A model generated the notes under the pieces. It searched no databases. It was not told the DNA's origin and was given only the letters and a program-made list of their open reading frames with translations. Below are positions 9,515-18,867 of a DNA stretch of 64,000 nucleotides, piece by piece (the stretch's first letter is position 1; the number at the start of each line of letters is the position of its first letter). The stretch is from Gemmatimonadota bacterium (GTDB taxonomy: Bacteria > Gemmatimonadota > Gemmatimonadetes > Gemmatimonadales > GWC2-71-9), in NCBI GenBank assembly GCA_039588295.1, contig JBDHAB010000015.1, positions 1 through 64,000 on the forward strand. Reading direction: 5' to 3'. The translations under genes were made by a program, and so were the position numbers.

Positions 9515-10693
9515 TTACTCGACCACAGCGCCGGGGTTCGGCAGCACGAGCCGCGCGGCCACGCCGGCGTGGTCTGATGGCCAGGTGCCGTAGCGGCTCA
9601 GGTCGCCTCGGTTGGAGCCCACGAGCCAGGCACGTGCGATCGTCCCGCCAGATCGGGGGCTCGCGCCCTCGGGCAGATTCCTTCCGAGAATCAGGTCGAT
9701 CCGTTGAATGAGCGTGGGTTGCATGTTCGAGAGCGTACCGTCGTGGCAGCACGTGTTCGCTTGCTTCATCGAACCCGCTGCAATCCCAAGGTCATCGTAG
9801 CCCGCCCCGATCAGCGCACTGTAGCCAGCTCGCTCTTCCGCCGGCCCCGGCCGGTTTGGTCCCGTGTTGAAGTCGCCCAGAGCTATCACGGGGCGTGTCT
9901 CGTCCGCGAGCATGGCGATCAACTCATCGGCCTGCTTGTTGCGAATAGTCGGGTCTTCGGCTTCCAGGTGTGTGTTGACGAATCGATACCAGATGCCATT
10001 CAGGTGGGCATCAAGTGCGGTCCAGCCGCGCAGCACCAGAAAGCCCGTCGCCGCTGACGCGGCGTCGGCATAGTTGCCGGCGTCTGGATTGGCAGTCTCC
10101 ACGTCACCTCGCACCAAGATCGCGTCGTAGTCTGTGAGGCGCACGTCACTAAAGGGGACCGGATCAGTACTCCCGATATCGAATCGCGGCACCTCGATAT
10201 CGATGTTCTCAATCAGTACGCCGAGGTGGTAGTCCAGTCCCAACGCGTCGAGCTCCGCGAGAAGCATCGCAAGGAAGTCGAATGCGACATCTTCGGCGTT
10301 CGGGATGAGGTTGCCCTGTGTGATGATGTCGCTCGGGGTCTGTGTCCGCAGCAGCGAGACCTCCTGAAGCCCGATCAGGTGCGGCCTCACGTGCGCGATC
10401 TCGTCAGCCATAGCCCGCGCTCGAGCCGGGAAGTTCGTTGCCAGCAGCGTAGCCCACGCTTCCGCAACGCGAATCGGGATTTGATTCGGATCCGGTTCCA
10501 GAATAATGGGCTCCACCGGTGCGCCGATATACATGTTTCGGGTCATGACCACGATGTCACTCGCGGCGGTCGCTGCCCGGAACGTCGGCTGCGCGGCGGC
10601 GTCGGCCAGCTGTTGTGCAGGGCTGGTGAGGGTGTCGTCGACGCAGCTCGTCGCCAGCAACATGGCGATGCCGAGACCAAGGAAACGTTTCAT
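9515..10693 (-). CDS. Endonuclease/exonuclease/phosphatase (EEP) family lipoprotein
   Basis: Lipobox LATSC; motifs MTRN, IGLQE, NTHL, GDFN, RID and C-terminal PSDH. Confidence 0.88.
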   Translation of the reverse strand: MKRFLGLGIAMLLATSCVDDTLTSPAQQLADAAAQPTFRAATAASDIVVMTRNMYIGAPVEPIILEPDPNQIPIRVAEAWATLLATNFPARARAMADEIAHVRPHLIGLQEVSLLRTQTPSDIITQGNLIPNAEDVAFDFLAMLLAELDALGLDYHLGVLIENIDIEVPRFDIGSTDPVPFSDVRLTDYDAILVRGDVETANPDAGNYADAASAATGFLVLRGWTALDAHLNGIWYRFVNTHLEAEDPTIRNKQADELIAMLADETRPVIALGDFNTGPNRPGPAEERAGYSALIGAGYDDLGIAAGSMKQANTCCHDGTLSNMQPTLIQRIDLILGRNLPEGASPRSGGTIARAWLVGSNRGDLSRYGTWPSDHAGVAARLVLPNPGAVVE

Positions 10694-10774
10694 GTGTCCT
10701 CCGAGTGGGGCCGCTGTTCGCCGGGAAGGTTCCTGCTCCGCTCCAGAGGATTTGCACCGCGATCCCCGGGATCG

Positions 10775-11704
10775 TCAAGCGACCTCGCTCGGCTCCACCG
10801 GACCGGCAGCGTCCCAGCCGTACGTCCGGTAGTCCCATTCGATCTCGTCTCCCCGCACCGTGAGGAGCCCGAATCCTTCGGGGTGACCCATGCGCACGCC
10901 CCTCCACCAGTTGCCGCAGACTGCGCCGGACGTGATGTACTTGCACCCCTTGTACTCGATGGTCTCCCGAACGTGGGTATGCCCCTGCAGGACGGCCTTC
11001 ACGTTGTGCTGAGAAAACAGCTCCACCAGTTCCTTGCCGTTCGTGACCACCACACTCCGCGGCGGCGCCACGGTTGTGCCGCTCGCGTACGCGATGAACG
11101 CGGTGAGGACGGGAATGTGACTCACGACGACGACGGGCGTGTCCGGTCCGGCCGCGTCGAGCTGCGAGCGCAGCCAATCCAACTGTTGCTCATCGACCAC
11201 GCCGATGTACTCAGTGCCGGGTGGGCTGATGCCAATCGAATCGAGCGCGATGAACCGCCACCCTTTGTGGTCGAACGTGTAGAATCGCTCGCCAATTCGG
11301 TCTTCGTACATTCGCTTGCCGAACAGTGGGTCGTCGGCGACGCCCGCGCCCGTGGCGGCAAACCCGAACACGTCGTGGTTCCCGATGACGTTGTAGACCG
11401 GCATCTCCAACATGGCAGCGGTGTCGCGGTACAGACCGTACACCAAATCGGCGCGCAGCCGCCCGGTTTCGGCCACGTCGAAGACGAGGTCACCACCCAT
11501 GATGGCGAAGTCGGGTTTGAGCCGATTCACCAGCCCAAAGCACTGCTGACATCCTTCCGCGGCCCGCAGTTCCGGCTGGATGTGTGTGTCAGTGATGTGG
11601 GCGAACGCGAACGTATCGCTCGATACCGAGATCGAGCTCCGACAACCCCACATGGCGCTCGCCGATCCCAGTCCCACTGCCTTCACGAAGTTCCTTCGGT
11701 CCAT
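10775..11704 (-). CDS. Tat-exported calcineurin-like metallophosphoesterase
   Basis: Start at ATG 11704 gives the twin-Arg signal MDRRNFVK; motifs DTH, GGDLV, GNHD and GHTH. Confidence 0.9.
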   Translation of the reverse strand: MDRRNFVKAVGLGSASAMWGCRSSISVSSDTFAFAHITDTHIQPELRAAEGCQQCFGLVNRLKPDFAIMGGDLVFDVAETGRLRADLVYGLYRDTAAMLEMPVYNVIGNHDVFGFAATGAGVADDPLFGKRMYEDRIGERFYTFDHKGWRFIALDSIGISPPGTEYIGVVDEQQLDWLRSQLDAAGPDTPVVVVSHIPVLTAFIAYASGTTVAPPRSVVVTNGKELVELFSQHNVKAVLQGHTHVRETIEYKGCKYITSGAVCGNWWRGVRMGHPEGFGLLTVRGDEIEWDYRTYGWDAAGPVEPSEVA

Positions 11705-11944
11705 GATCGCCCCTTCTCCCTCCAGATCTTTCATGAAACGGTCGGGATGGAATCGTCCCTCGAAGGCAAACACCTGCGCCAGCTGACCCACGAAGCGAAC
11801 ACCGGCCTAAGCTATCTGTCGCGGGATTGGGGTGCCAGCGAGCTAAGGCTAGCTGCGGCTGCCCGATCTACCCAGTTCGGACCCCCGGGTGTACCTTAGC
11901 GGTGAACAGCGCCGACCGGGCGCGGTCGACGTTTCGTAACCAGG

Positions 11945-12081
11945 TGTCCGTTGCCGGAACGCGAAGGCCCGGCAGCCCAGCGCGGGGGCGATGACCGCGG
12001 CAGCTGATGATCGTTCGGTAGGCACGGGTCCCCCGGACTCCGACGGCATCAACTCAAAGCATCACTCGAGGAGTAGGGGAA
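11945..12081 (+). ncRNA. Putative structured cis-regulatory 5' leader of csp (copy 1)
   Basis: Shares sequence blocks and three stems with the leader of the second csp (27428-27564), including an identical 15-mer and compensatory base pairs. Confidence 0.7.
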
Positions 12082-12291
12082 ATGCGTACCACCGGAACAG
12101 TGAAATGGTTCAACGACAAGAAGGGGTTCGGATTCATCACCCGTGAGGATGGAGAGAAGGACTGTTTCGTCCATTTCTCTGCGATTCAGGGTGAGGGATT
12201 CAAGTCGCTGCAAGAGGGTCAGCGTGTCGAGTTCGACGTCGTAGCCGGCGACAAAGGCCCCTCGGCGCAGAACGTCGTTGTGCTATCCTGA
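12082..12291 (+). CDS. cspA: Cold-shock protein (CSD)
   Basis: GTVKWFN, RNP1 KGFGFI, RNP2 [13 protein letters not shown]. Confidence 0.97.
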   Translation: MRTTGTVKWFNDKKGFGFITREDGEKDCFVHFSAIQGEGFKSLQEGQRVEFDVVAGDKGPSAQNVVVLS

Positions 12292-12315
12292 ACTGAAGCC
12301 GATTCGGCCTCCGGC

Positions 12316-12353
12316 ACGAAGCCACCTCGGAATCGGGGTGGCTTCGTTGTTTT
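12316..12353 (+). terminator. Intrinsic terminator of csp
   Basis: ACGAAGCCACCTCG-GAAT-CGGGGTGGCTTCGT followed by TGTTTT. Confidence 0.85.
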
Positions 12354-12371
12354 CCGAAGGTGAAGGCCGAC

Positions 12372-13550
12372 TTAGGACTTGGGGTCAGTCGCGTTGGACG
12401 ATTCGGGGCTCATACCCCGCAAGGTTGCGGTGAGCGCTTCCGGGCTGGCCGGCTTGGAGGGCTGTGGGACCGCACGACGGGCCCGCTCGGCGTCGAGGTC
12501 GCGCTTGCGCTCGAGCGCGAACCCGACGATCTGCTTCAACGTCTCGGAAAAGCTGTAGCCCGCCTGTTCCGCGGACTCCATGAATGACACGCCCTCGGTC
12601 AAGTCCGGGTTGGGGTTCATCTCCAAGACATAAACCTCATTGCGCTTGCCAAGGCGGATGTCGAGACGGGCGTAGTCCCGGCAACCCGTTGCCTCGTACG
12701 CCTCGAGGGCCACGCGCTCGATGTTGCGAAGGACGCGGCGTTGGATCGGCGCGGGACAGACCGAATGAACGCGGTGGTAGACCTCGGAAAGGGGGTTCCA
12801 CTTCGCAGCGAAACTGATAATCGGCGGGTGGTCCGACGGCAGCTCGGAAAAGTCCCACGCAATCGGCGGCAGCATCTCCGGCGGATAGTTCCCGAGGATC
12901 GAGATGTGAAGCTCCTGCCCGTCGATGAATTCTTCAACGAGCATCGGTGTACCGAACTCCTCGTAGACATACTCCAGGCGTCGCCTCAAGGCTTCATCGT
13001 CATGCGCGACTGACTCACGCTCGATGCCTGAGCTCGCGTCTTCACGAGCCGGCTTCACGATGAGCGGGTAGTGCAACCGCCGGCGCTTGGGAAGCCGTGG
13101 CTCGTGGAGCAGTGCGAACTTGGGCGTGCGCACTCCATTCGCGATCAACACCTGCTTCGTGATCTCCTTCTTGTGACACAGAGCCAGGACGAAGGGCCGG
13201 GAACCCGTGTAAGCGATCTGGTGCAGCTCGAATAGAGCCGCGACGTGTGGCTCCAGTCCCGGATCGTCGTGCAGGTACTCCACCAGATTGAAGACGACAT
13301 CGGGTGGGTTGCGTTTCAAGGCGCGCTCGAGCTTACCGAGGTTCTCTTGGATGTTCACCACCCGCGCACGAAACCCTTGTCGTCGGAGTGCCTTGGCTAC
13401 AGCGCGATACTCATCGAGTACGGTGGGAACCTTGATATCGTACTCGGGCGTGAAGTCCAACTTTGATGGATCCACATCTTTGAGACGTTCGTATTCGTCT
13501 TCGCCTACGAAGTTGTACAGCACGAGAACCGACGGGCGAGGCTCGTTCAT
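12372..13550 (-). CDS. D-Ala-D-Ala ligase-like ATP-grasp enzyme
   Basis: VFNLVE, YTGS, IVKPAREDASSGI, VEEFIDG, RDYARLDIR, LEMNPNP. The N-terminus is not that of canonical Ddl. Start at ATG 13550. Confidence 0.85.
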   Translation of the reverse strand: MNEPRPSVLVLYNFVGEDEYERLKDVDPSKLDFTPEYDIKVPTVLDEYRAVAKALRRQGFRARVVNIQENLGKLERALKRNPPDVVFNLVEYLHDDPGLEPHVAALFELHQIAYTGSRPFVLALCHKKEITKQVLIANGVRTPKFALLHEPRLPKRRRLHYPLIVKPAREDASSGIERESVAHDDEALRRRLEYVYEEFGTPMLVEEFIDGQELHISILGNYPPEMLPPIAWDFSELPSDHPPIISFAAKWNPLSEVYHRVHSVCPAPIQRRVLRNIERVALEAYEATGCRDYARLDIRLGKRNEVYVLEMNPNPDLTEGVSFMESAEQAGYSFSETLKQIVGFALERKRDLDAERARRAVPQPSKPASPEALTATLRGMSPESSNATDPKS

Positions 13551-13554
13551 GGGT

Positions 13555-15156
13555 CTACGGGCCGAGCAATCCCAAGTCCGGCCCACGTTCGACGGCGGGC
13601 CGGCGTGTGGCCGAGGCCTCAACCACTTCGACCAGTCGGTCGGCGAGGGCCTCGAGCGCACGTACCCGCTTCGACGCGGTGTGTGTGAAGATGGAACGCG
13701 ACGTGATGTACGTTCCGACGATCGACACCGTGACCCCGACGACTGCGAAAAGCGGGCTGTGCAGTGTCTCGGTGGCAAGAGCGGCAGCGGTCGCTGCGCC
13801 CGCCCCGCCTCCGCCGCCCATCAGCCCCCCGAACAAGCCACCGGCCAATTGGCCAAGATGCTCTTCGATGTGGATACGGGTCCGGCCGTCCCGCGGTGCC
13901 ACACTGATCTGGACATTGCGGCCGGCGCCCTGGCCCGGGTTTGTCGTGCTCCAGGCAAGTGAGCGACCCAGGGTACTGACATAGCCCACGTTTCCGAGCG
14001 TTGTCCGCATTTCTTCGACGAGAATCGGAAAGTCGGTCTCACGCACCTCCCCGTCGGCTACGCGGTCGATCTGCAGAACATGGGGGCTTCCGAGGAACCA
14101 GGACCATGGCGTGCGCCGCGCCAGCGCACCCGACTTCCCACGCGGTGCGAGGTCTCGTGCCGCTTGACGGACGTGAGCGGGTTCAATCCCGACCTCCGCG
14201 GCCACCTGCTCGACTGCACCTCGCGTGAGCGCTCCATCCTCCGTGGGGTTTGCTGCCTGTATCTCCGCCGCGTGCCCGATGATCTGCCGCACCTCGGAAT
14301 CCCGAAAGCGCTGGCTTGGGCTCGAGGTGCTCCGGAGAGCGGCCGTAAACTCGCCCGGGGTGGGATATCGCTGGTCCGGACGCATTGCCAGCGCCTTCGC
14401 GAGCACCTGTTCCAGGCGCCCCGACAGCCGGTCGAGCTGGGCGCGGTGCTCGGAGGAGGCGTCGATGAATCGGCCCAGCCGCACCGCCTCCTCGGTCAGC
14501 CACAGCCCCGGTGTTTCGCCGATCAACATCTCGTAGAGCACGCAGGCAAGTCCGTAGACGTCCGTGCGGGCATCCAGCTCGCGCACACCCGCCGCCTGCT
14601 CAGGACTCATGTAGCCCGGTGTCCCCAGCGCGAGCCCCGTTCGGGTGAGTTCGGCGCCGCCCGCCGTGGAAACCGCCTTTGCGATGCCGAAGTCCGAAAC
14701 GACGGCGTGACCCTGCACAAACAGAATGTTTTCCGGCTTGATGTCTCGGTGCAGGACGCCCATACGGTGGGCGTAGCTCAGGGCATCCGCTACGCGCAGC
14801 GTGATGGCGAGCGCCTGGGCCGTCTCGAGTCTGGGATTGCTCCCTAGTCGGCTCCGAAGCGATCCACCTTCGACGAACGGCATCGTGTAGTACAGGTATC
14901 CGTTGGCCTCACCGGAGTCGTGGAGCGGCACCACGTGCGGATGGGTGAGACTTGCCGCGATCTCGATCTCTTTGAGGAACCGGTCCGTCCCGATCGACGC
15001 GGCGAGGTCAGGTCGCAGGACCTTGACGGCCACCTGGCGACCATGCTTGCGATCGCGGGCGAGATACACCGTGGCCATGCCCCCGCGCCCCACCACGCGA
15101 GAGAGCTCATACCGTTCGGCGAGCGCAGTGCGGAGCGAGTCGGGTATTTCGGACAT
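13555..15156 (-). CDS. Ser/Thr protein kinase with a C-terminal helical domain and two TM segments
   Basis: GRGGMA, VAVKVL, HRDIKPEN, DFG, GTPGYMSPEQ; Gly-rich hydrophobic C-terminal segments. Confidence 0.92.
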   Translation of the reverse strand: MSEIPDSLRTALAERYELSRVVGRGGMATVYLARDRKHGRQVAVKVLRPDLAASIGTDRFLKEIEIAASLTHPHVVPLHDSGEANGYLYYTMPFVEGGSLRSRLGSNPRLETAQALAITLRVADALSYAHRMGVLHRDIKPENILFVQGHAVVSDFGIAKAVSTAGGAELTRTGLALGTPGYMSPEQAAGVRELDARTDVYGLACVLYEMLIGETPGLWLTEEAVRLGRFIDASSEHRAQLDRLSGRLEQVLAKALAMRPDQRYPTPGEFTAALRSTSSPSQRFRDSEVRQIIGHAAEIQAANPTEDGALTRGAVEQVAAEVGIEPAHVRQAARDLAPRGKSGALARRTPWSWFLGSPHVLQIDRVADGEVRETDFPILVEEMRTTLGNVGYVSTLGRSLAWSTTNPGQGAGRNVQISVAPRDGRTRIHIEEHLGQLAGGLFGGLMGGGGGAGAATAAALATETLHSPLFAVVGVTVSIVGTYITSRSIFTHTASKRVRALEALADRLVEVVEASATRRPAVERGPDLGLLGP

Positions 15157-15277
15157 GTCGGAGGAAAAGGTACACCGCAGATGCCGGGGCGGCGTACCGC
15201 AATACGAATGTCAGCTCCTCGAGTCTATGTCGCGGTGAGCCGCTGCGGCAGAGCGTTCCGCAGCGGCGGAGGCTCTG

Positions 15278-15475
15278 CTACGGCCGCTGCTGCATCCGTT
15301 CCCCGGTGACGATCTCCACGACGGCGTCGATGAGCCGCTGTCGGGCATGATCGACGTCCTGTTGCCGCGTCACCCTGCTCTCGAGCGGCTTGAACTTCTC
15401 GCGATCCACGACTGCGCCCTCGAACTCGCGGAGTGCCTCGTGGATCTGCGCGAGATACTCGTGACCTTTACCCAT
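15278..15475 (-). CDS. Small helical hypothetical protein (65 aa)
   Basis: AAGGAG SD before ATG 15475; amphipathic helical sequence MGKGHEYLAQIHEALREFE...; codon usage typical of the region. Confidence 0.7.
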   Translation of the reverse strand: MGKGHEYLAQIHEALREFEGAVVDREKFKPLESRVTRQQDVDHARQRLIDAVVEIVTGERMQQRP

Positions 15476-15724
15476 CAAACGACTCCTTGCGCCGGGGTTG
15501 CAATTGTCAAATACAACGGAGATCGCTGATGGGCAAGACGTGGCCCGGCCTCCCCGCGGCCTCTCGTGGTCGGAAGCCCAAGTGTATCAGTCGCTTACGA
15601 CAATTGGGCAGCGGACTGAATGAAGGGCCCCAACACGTCATAAAAACTTCATGGCCGCATCTGCTCCTGGTTGTTCGCGGGTGGCAAGCTGAGTTTCGCG
15701 GCACCCTGCACGAACAGACCTGCA

Positions 15725-15868
15725 TGCGGAGTCCACCCCCAGAAGGTAGGGATGGCCACGCGGTTGAGCCGGTGCGTGCAGGATGGCGTCGGGTCCCTGG
15801 TCCGGTCTATCATTCATCGGTTGACGGAGTGGGGTCACCGCGCGGAGCAGGTTGCCTCTCGGCCGTAG
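15725..15868 (+). pseudogene. Probable C-terminal fragment of a hydrogenase maturation protease (HyaD/HybD family)
   Basis: GVHPQKVGMATRLSRCVQDGVGSLVRSIIHRLTEWGH fits the recalled G(V/I)xP...LS..V.......L..WG C-terminal pattern of these proteases; it lies directly before hypA and has no N-terminal catalytic part. Confidence 0.5.
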
Positions 15869-15877
15869 GAACCAATC

Positions 15878-16138
15878 ATGCACGAAATGAGCATTGCCCT
15901 CGAGGTGTGCAACATCGCCGAGGCACACGTGCCGCGTGACGAGCTGGACCAGATCGTCGAGGTCGGACTCGAAGTGGGCGACGCCGCCGGTATCGAGGTC
16001 GACAATCTGCAGTTTTGTCTGGAGGCCCTGCTGTCGAGTCCGCCGTTCGGGCAGGCGAGGCCCGTGATTGCGCGCGTATCCGGTGACGTACTCCGAGTGA
16101 GCTACTTGGAGGTGGATGATGGCCGTCCGGACAGTTGA
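15878..16138 (+). CDS. hypA: Short HypA-like nickel metallochaperone lacking the CxxC zinc module
   Basis: N-terminal MHEMSIA Ni-binding motif, LEVGDAAGIEVDNLQFC and C-terminal GDVLRVSYLEVD; AGGA SD. Confidence 0.82.
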   Translation: MHEMSIALEVCNIAEAHVPRDELDQIVEVGLEVGDAAGIEVDNLQFCLEALLSSPPFGQARPVIARVSGDVLRVSYLEVDDGRPDS

Positions 16139-16322
16139 TCACTCCGGTTGGATCTGCTAGCGCCCGGGTATCCGTCCGCGTCGATGACGTGCGGTAGCCG
16201 TTAGTTCCACTCTGATATTGACGGGCGCATCCGGCCTCTGGCTGTCGCGAGGCTCGACGCGTATCGTAGTTGTCTGTACACGCGTGCAAGTGACATTCCT
16301 TGGCACAGCGGAGGCCACGGTC

Positions 16323-18806
16323 ATGAGGTCCCACTCGTTTTGTCATCTGATGTGCCGCGGCGCGGCTACGCTCGTCGCCGTGGCGCTGCTTCAGCTCGCT
16401 GCCCACCCGGTGATCGCGCAGGGGCCGGATGAAACCGGGTATCGCGTTCCCGATCAGGTGCTCGTGGACATTGTCGACGCGCCACCAACTCCCGGCGTCA
16501 TGGTGAGTCCCGACGCCGAATGGATGCTGCTGGTTGGGAGCCCAAGCCTGCCGCCCATTTCCCAACTCGCTGAACGGGAACTGCGCCTTGCTGGGATGCG
16601 AATTGCGCCGGCGGCGAACGGACGCAGCCGAACGCGCCCCTACAACGGGCTCAGGCTGGTGCGCATGTCCGACCTCGAGGAGCGTGCGGTTTCGGGCATG
16701 CCGTCGAATCCGCAGATCGAGAACGTGCGCTGGTCCCCCGATGCCAAGTGGGTTTCGTTCACGAATCGCACCGACTCCGGCATCGCCCTCTGGATCGCAA
16801 ATGTCGAGCGGGCCGCCGCGCGGCAACTCACGGAGCCGATCCTCAACCTGACGGCGGCCGGCGCTCCCACGTGGGTATCCGATAGTCGAACCTTGATTCT
16901 CACGATGGTACCGGACTCGCGTGGTGGCGAGCCCGAGCGCCCGTCCGTTCCGGCGGCGCCGACCATTCAGGAGAACATCGGCAAGACCGCTCCGGCGCGG
17001 ACGTACCAAGACCTGCTCAAGAACGCGTACGACGAGTTGCTGTTCGAGCACTACACGACGGCGCAACTTGCCAAGATTACGGTCGACGGTAAGCTGATCT
17101 CCCTCGGCGAGCCGGGCATCATCTGGGATTTCGACCCATCTCCCGATGGGCGGTTCGTCCTCGTACAGACCATTCACCGTCCGTTCTCGTACCTCGTGCC
17201 GGCGTACCGCTTCCCGCGCCGGGTGGAGGTGGTCGATTTGAACGGGAATCCCGTACACCTAGTCGCGGACTTGCCGCTCATGGAGGAAGTTCCCGTCGCG
17301 TTCGGCAGTGTCCCGACCGGTCCGCGCTCGGTTGGATGGCGTGCGGATGCGGCGGCGACGCTCGTTTGGGTCGAGGCCCAGGACGGCGGTGACGCGGGCG
17401 CTCCCGCCGATGAGCGTGACCGCGTCTTCACGCAGCCAGCGCCGTTCGACGGTGAGCCGACGCCGCTCGTCACGCTGAGCCTGCGTTACGCGGGGGTTCG
17501 GTGGGGCTCCGATGACCTCGCGCTGGTGGCAGAGAGCTGGTGGCGCACCCGCCAGGTGCGGACTTGGCGCCTCCGTCCGGGCGCGGACCGGGCTGAACCC
17601 CAGCTGCTGATGGATCGGTCGTACGAAGACCGGTATGCCGATCCCGGAAACCCGATCATGACGGACAACGACTGGGGCCGCTCGGTGCTCCTGACAGCAG
17701 ATCGGGGTCGTACGCTGTTCATGGCCGGACAAGGAGCGTCGCCGGAAGGGGATCGGCCGTTCTTGGACCGGATGGACGTACGGACGAAGCAGACCGAACG
17801 GCTGTTTCAGTCTGAGGCGCCCTACTACGAGCGTCCGCTACAGGTACTCGACGACCGCGGCAGATATGTTTTGACGCTGCGCGAGTCACAGGAAGATCCA
17901 CCGAACTATTCCGTGCGTGATCTTCGCAGCAATACCACCCGGCAAGTGACGTTCTTCCCCAATCCGACGCCGCAACTCGCCGGCATGCACAAGGAGATGA
18001 TCCGTTACAAACGCGCGGACGGCGTGGATCTCACGGCCACGCTGTATCTGCCGCCGGCCTACGAACCGGAGCGCGACGGTCCGTTGCCAATGCTCATGTG
18101 GGCGTATCCGCGCGAATTCAAGAGCGCAGATGCTGCAGGCCAGGTCAGCGGATCGCCGCATCGGTTTACGCGCTTGAGTGGCTGGTCCACGCCCATCTGG
18201 TGCGCGCTGGGGTACGCGGTGCTCGACGGACCCACCATGCCGATCATCGGGGAGGGTGAAGCCGAGCCGAACGACTCGTACGTCGAACAGCTCGTGGCGT
18301 CGGCCCAGGGGGCGGTGGATGAGGTCGTACGGCGAGGCGTCGCCGACCGCAATCGCCTAGCGATCGGCGGACACTCCTATGGCGCGTTCATGACGGCGAA
18401 TCTGCTCACGCACTCTGACCTCTATGCCGCCGGAATCGCGCGCTCCGGAGCGTACAACCGCTCTCTCACTCCGTTCGGCTTCCAGGCGGAGGAGCGCACG
18501 TTTTGGGAGGCACCCGAGGTGTATTTCCGGATGTCGCCGTTCATGAACGCCGATAAGGTCAACGAGCCGATCCTGTTGATACACGGCGAGGCAGACAACA
18601 ACTCCGGGACCTTTCCCATCCAGAGTCAGCGCTACTATCACGCGCTCAAAGGACAGGGCAAGACCACTCGACTCGTGATGCTTCCGTATGAGAGTCACGG
18701 CTATCGCGCCCGCGAGTCGATTCTGCACATGCTCTGGGAGATGCAGACCTGGATGGACCGGTATGTGAAGGGAGCATCTGAGGAGAGGAAGGTCTCGCGG
18801 CGGTGA
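16323..18806 (+). CDS. Secreted S9 prolyl-oligopeptidase family peptidase
   Basis: GGAGG SD before ATG 16323; signal peptide; WAYPREF, GGHSYG, HGEADNNSGT, ESHGY catalytic triad. Confidence 0.92.
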   Translation: MRSHSFCHLMCRGAATLVAVALLQLAAHPVIAQGPDETGYRVPDQVLVDIVDAPPTPGVMVSPDAEWMLLVGSPSLPPISQLAERELRLAGMRIAPAANGRSRTRPYNGLRLVRMSDLEERAVSGMPSNPQIENVRWSPDAKWVSFTNRTDSGIALWIANVERAAARQLTEPILNLTAAGAPTWVSDSRTLILTMVPDSRGGEPERPSVPAAPTIQENIGKTAPARTYQDLLKNAYDELLFEHYTTAQLAKITVDGKLISLGEPGIIWDFDPSPDGRFVLVQTIHRPFSYLVPAYRFPRRVEVVDLNGNPVHLVADLPLMEEVPVAFGSVPTGPRSVGWRADAAATLVWVEAQDGGDAGAPADERDRVFTQPAPFDGEPTPLVTLSLRYAGVRWGSDDLALVAESWWRTRQVRTWRLRPGADRAEPQLLMDRSYEDRYADPGNPIMTDNDWGRSVLLTADRGRTLFMAGQGASPEGDRPFLDRMDVRTKQTERLFQSEAPYYERPLQVLDDRGRYVLTLRESQEDPPNYSVRDLRSNTTRQVTFFPNPTPQLAGMHKEMIRYKRADGVDLTATLYLPPAYEPERDGPLPMLMWAYPREFKSADAAGQVSGSPHRFTRLSGWSTPIWCALGYAVLDGPTMPIIGEGEAEPNDSYVEQLVASAQGAVDEVVRRGVADRNRLAIGGHSYGAFMTANLLTHSDLYAAGIARSGAYNRSLTPFGFQAEERTFWEAPEVYFRMSPFMNADKVNEPILLIHGEADNNSGTFPIQSQRYYHALKGQGKTTRLVMLPYESHGYRARESILHMLWEMQTWMDRYVKGASEERKVSRR

Positions 18807-18867
18807 GGCCGCGGTGGTGAGACGGTGGGACGGTGGGCATGTGCCGTCCTACCTTGTCACCCTTCCG

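Noticed and set aside
11987..12012. GGCGATGA...GCTGATGA resembling a fluoride riboswitch
   Set aside because: There is no TCGCC partner strand for GGCGA, the spacing is too short, the words are absent from the second leader copy, and the downstream gene is not fluoride related.
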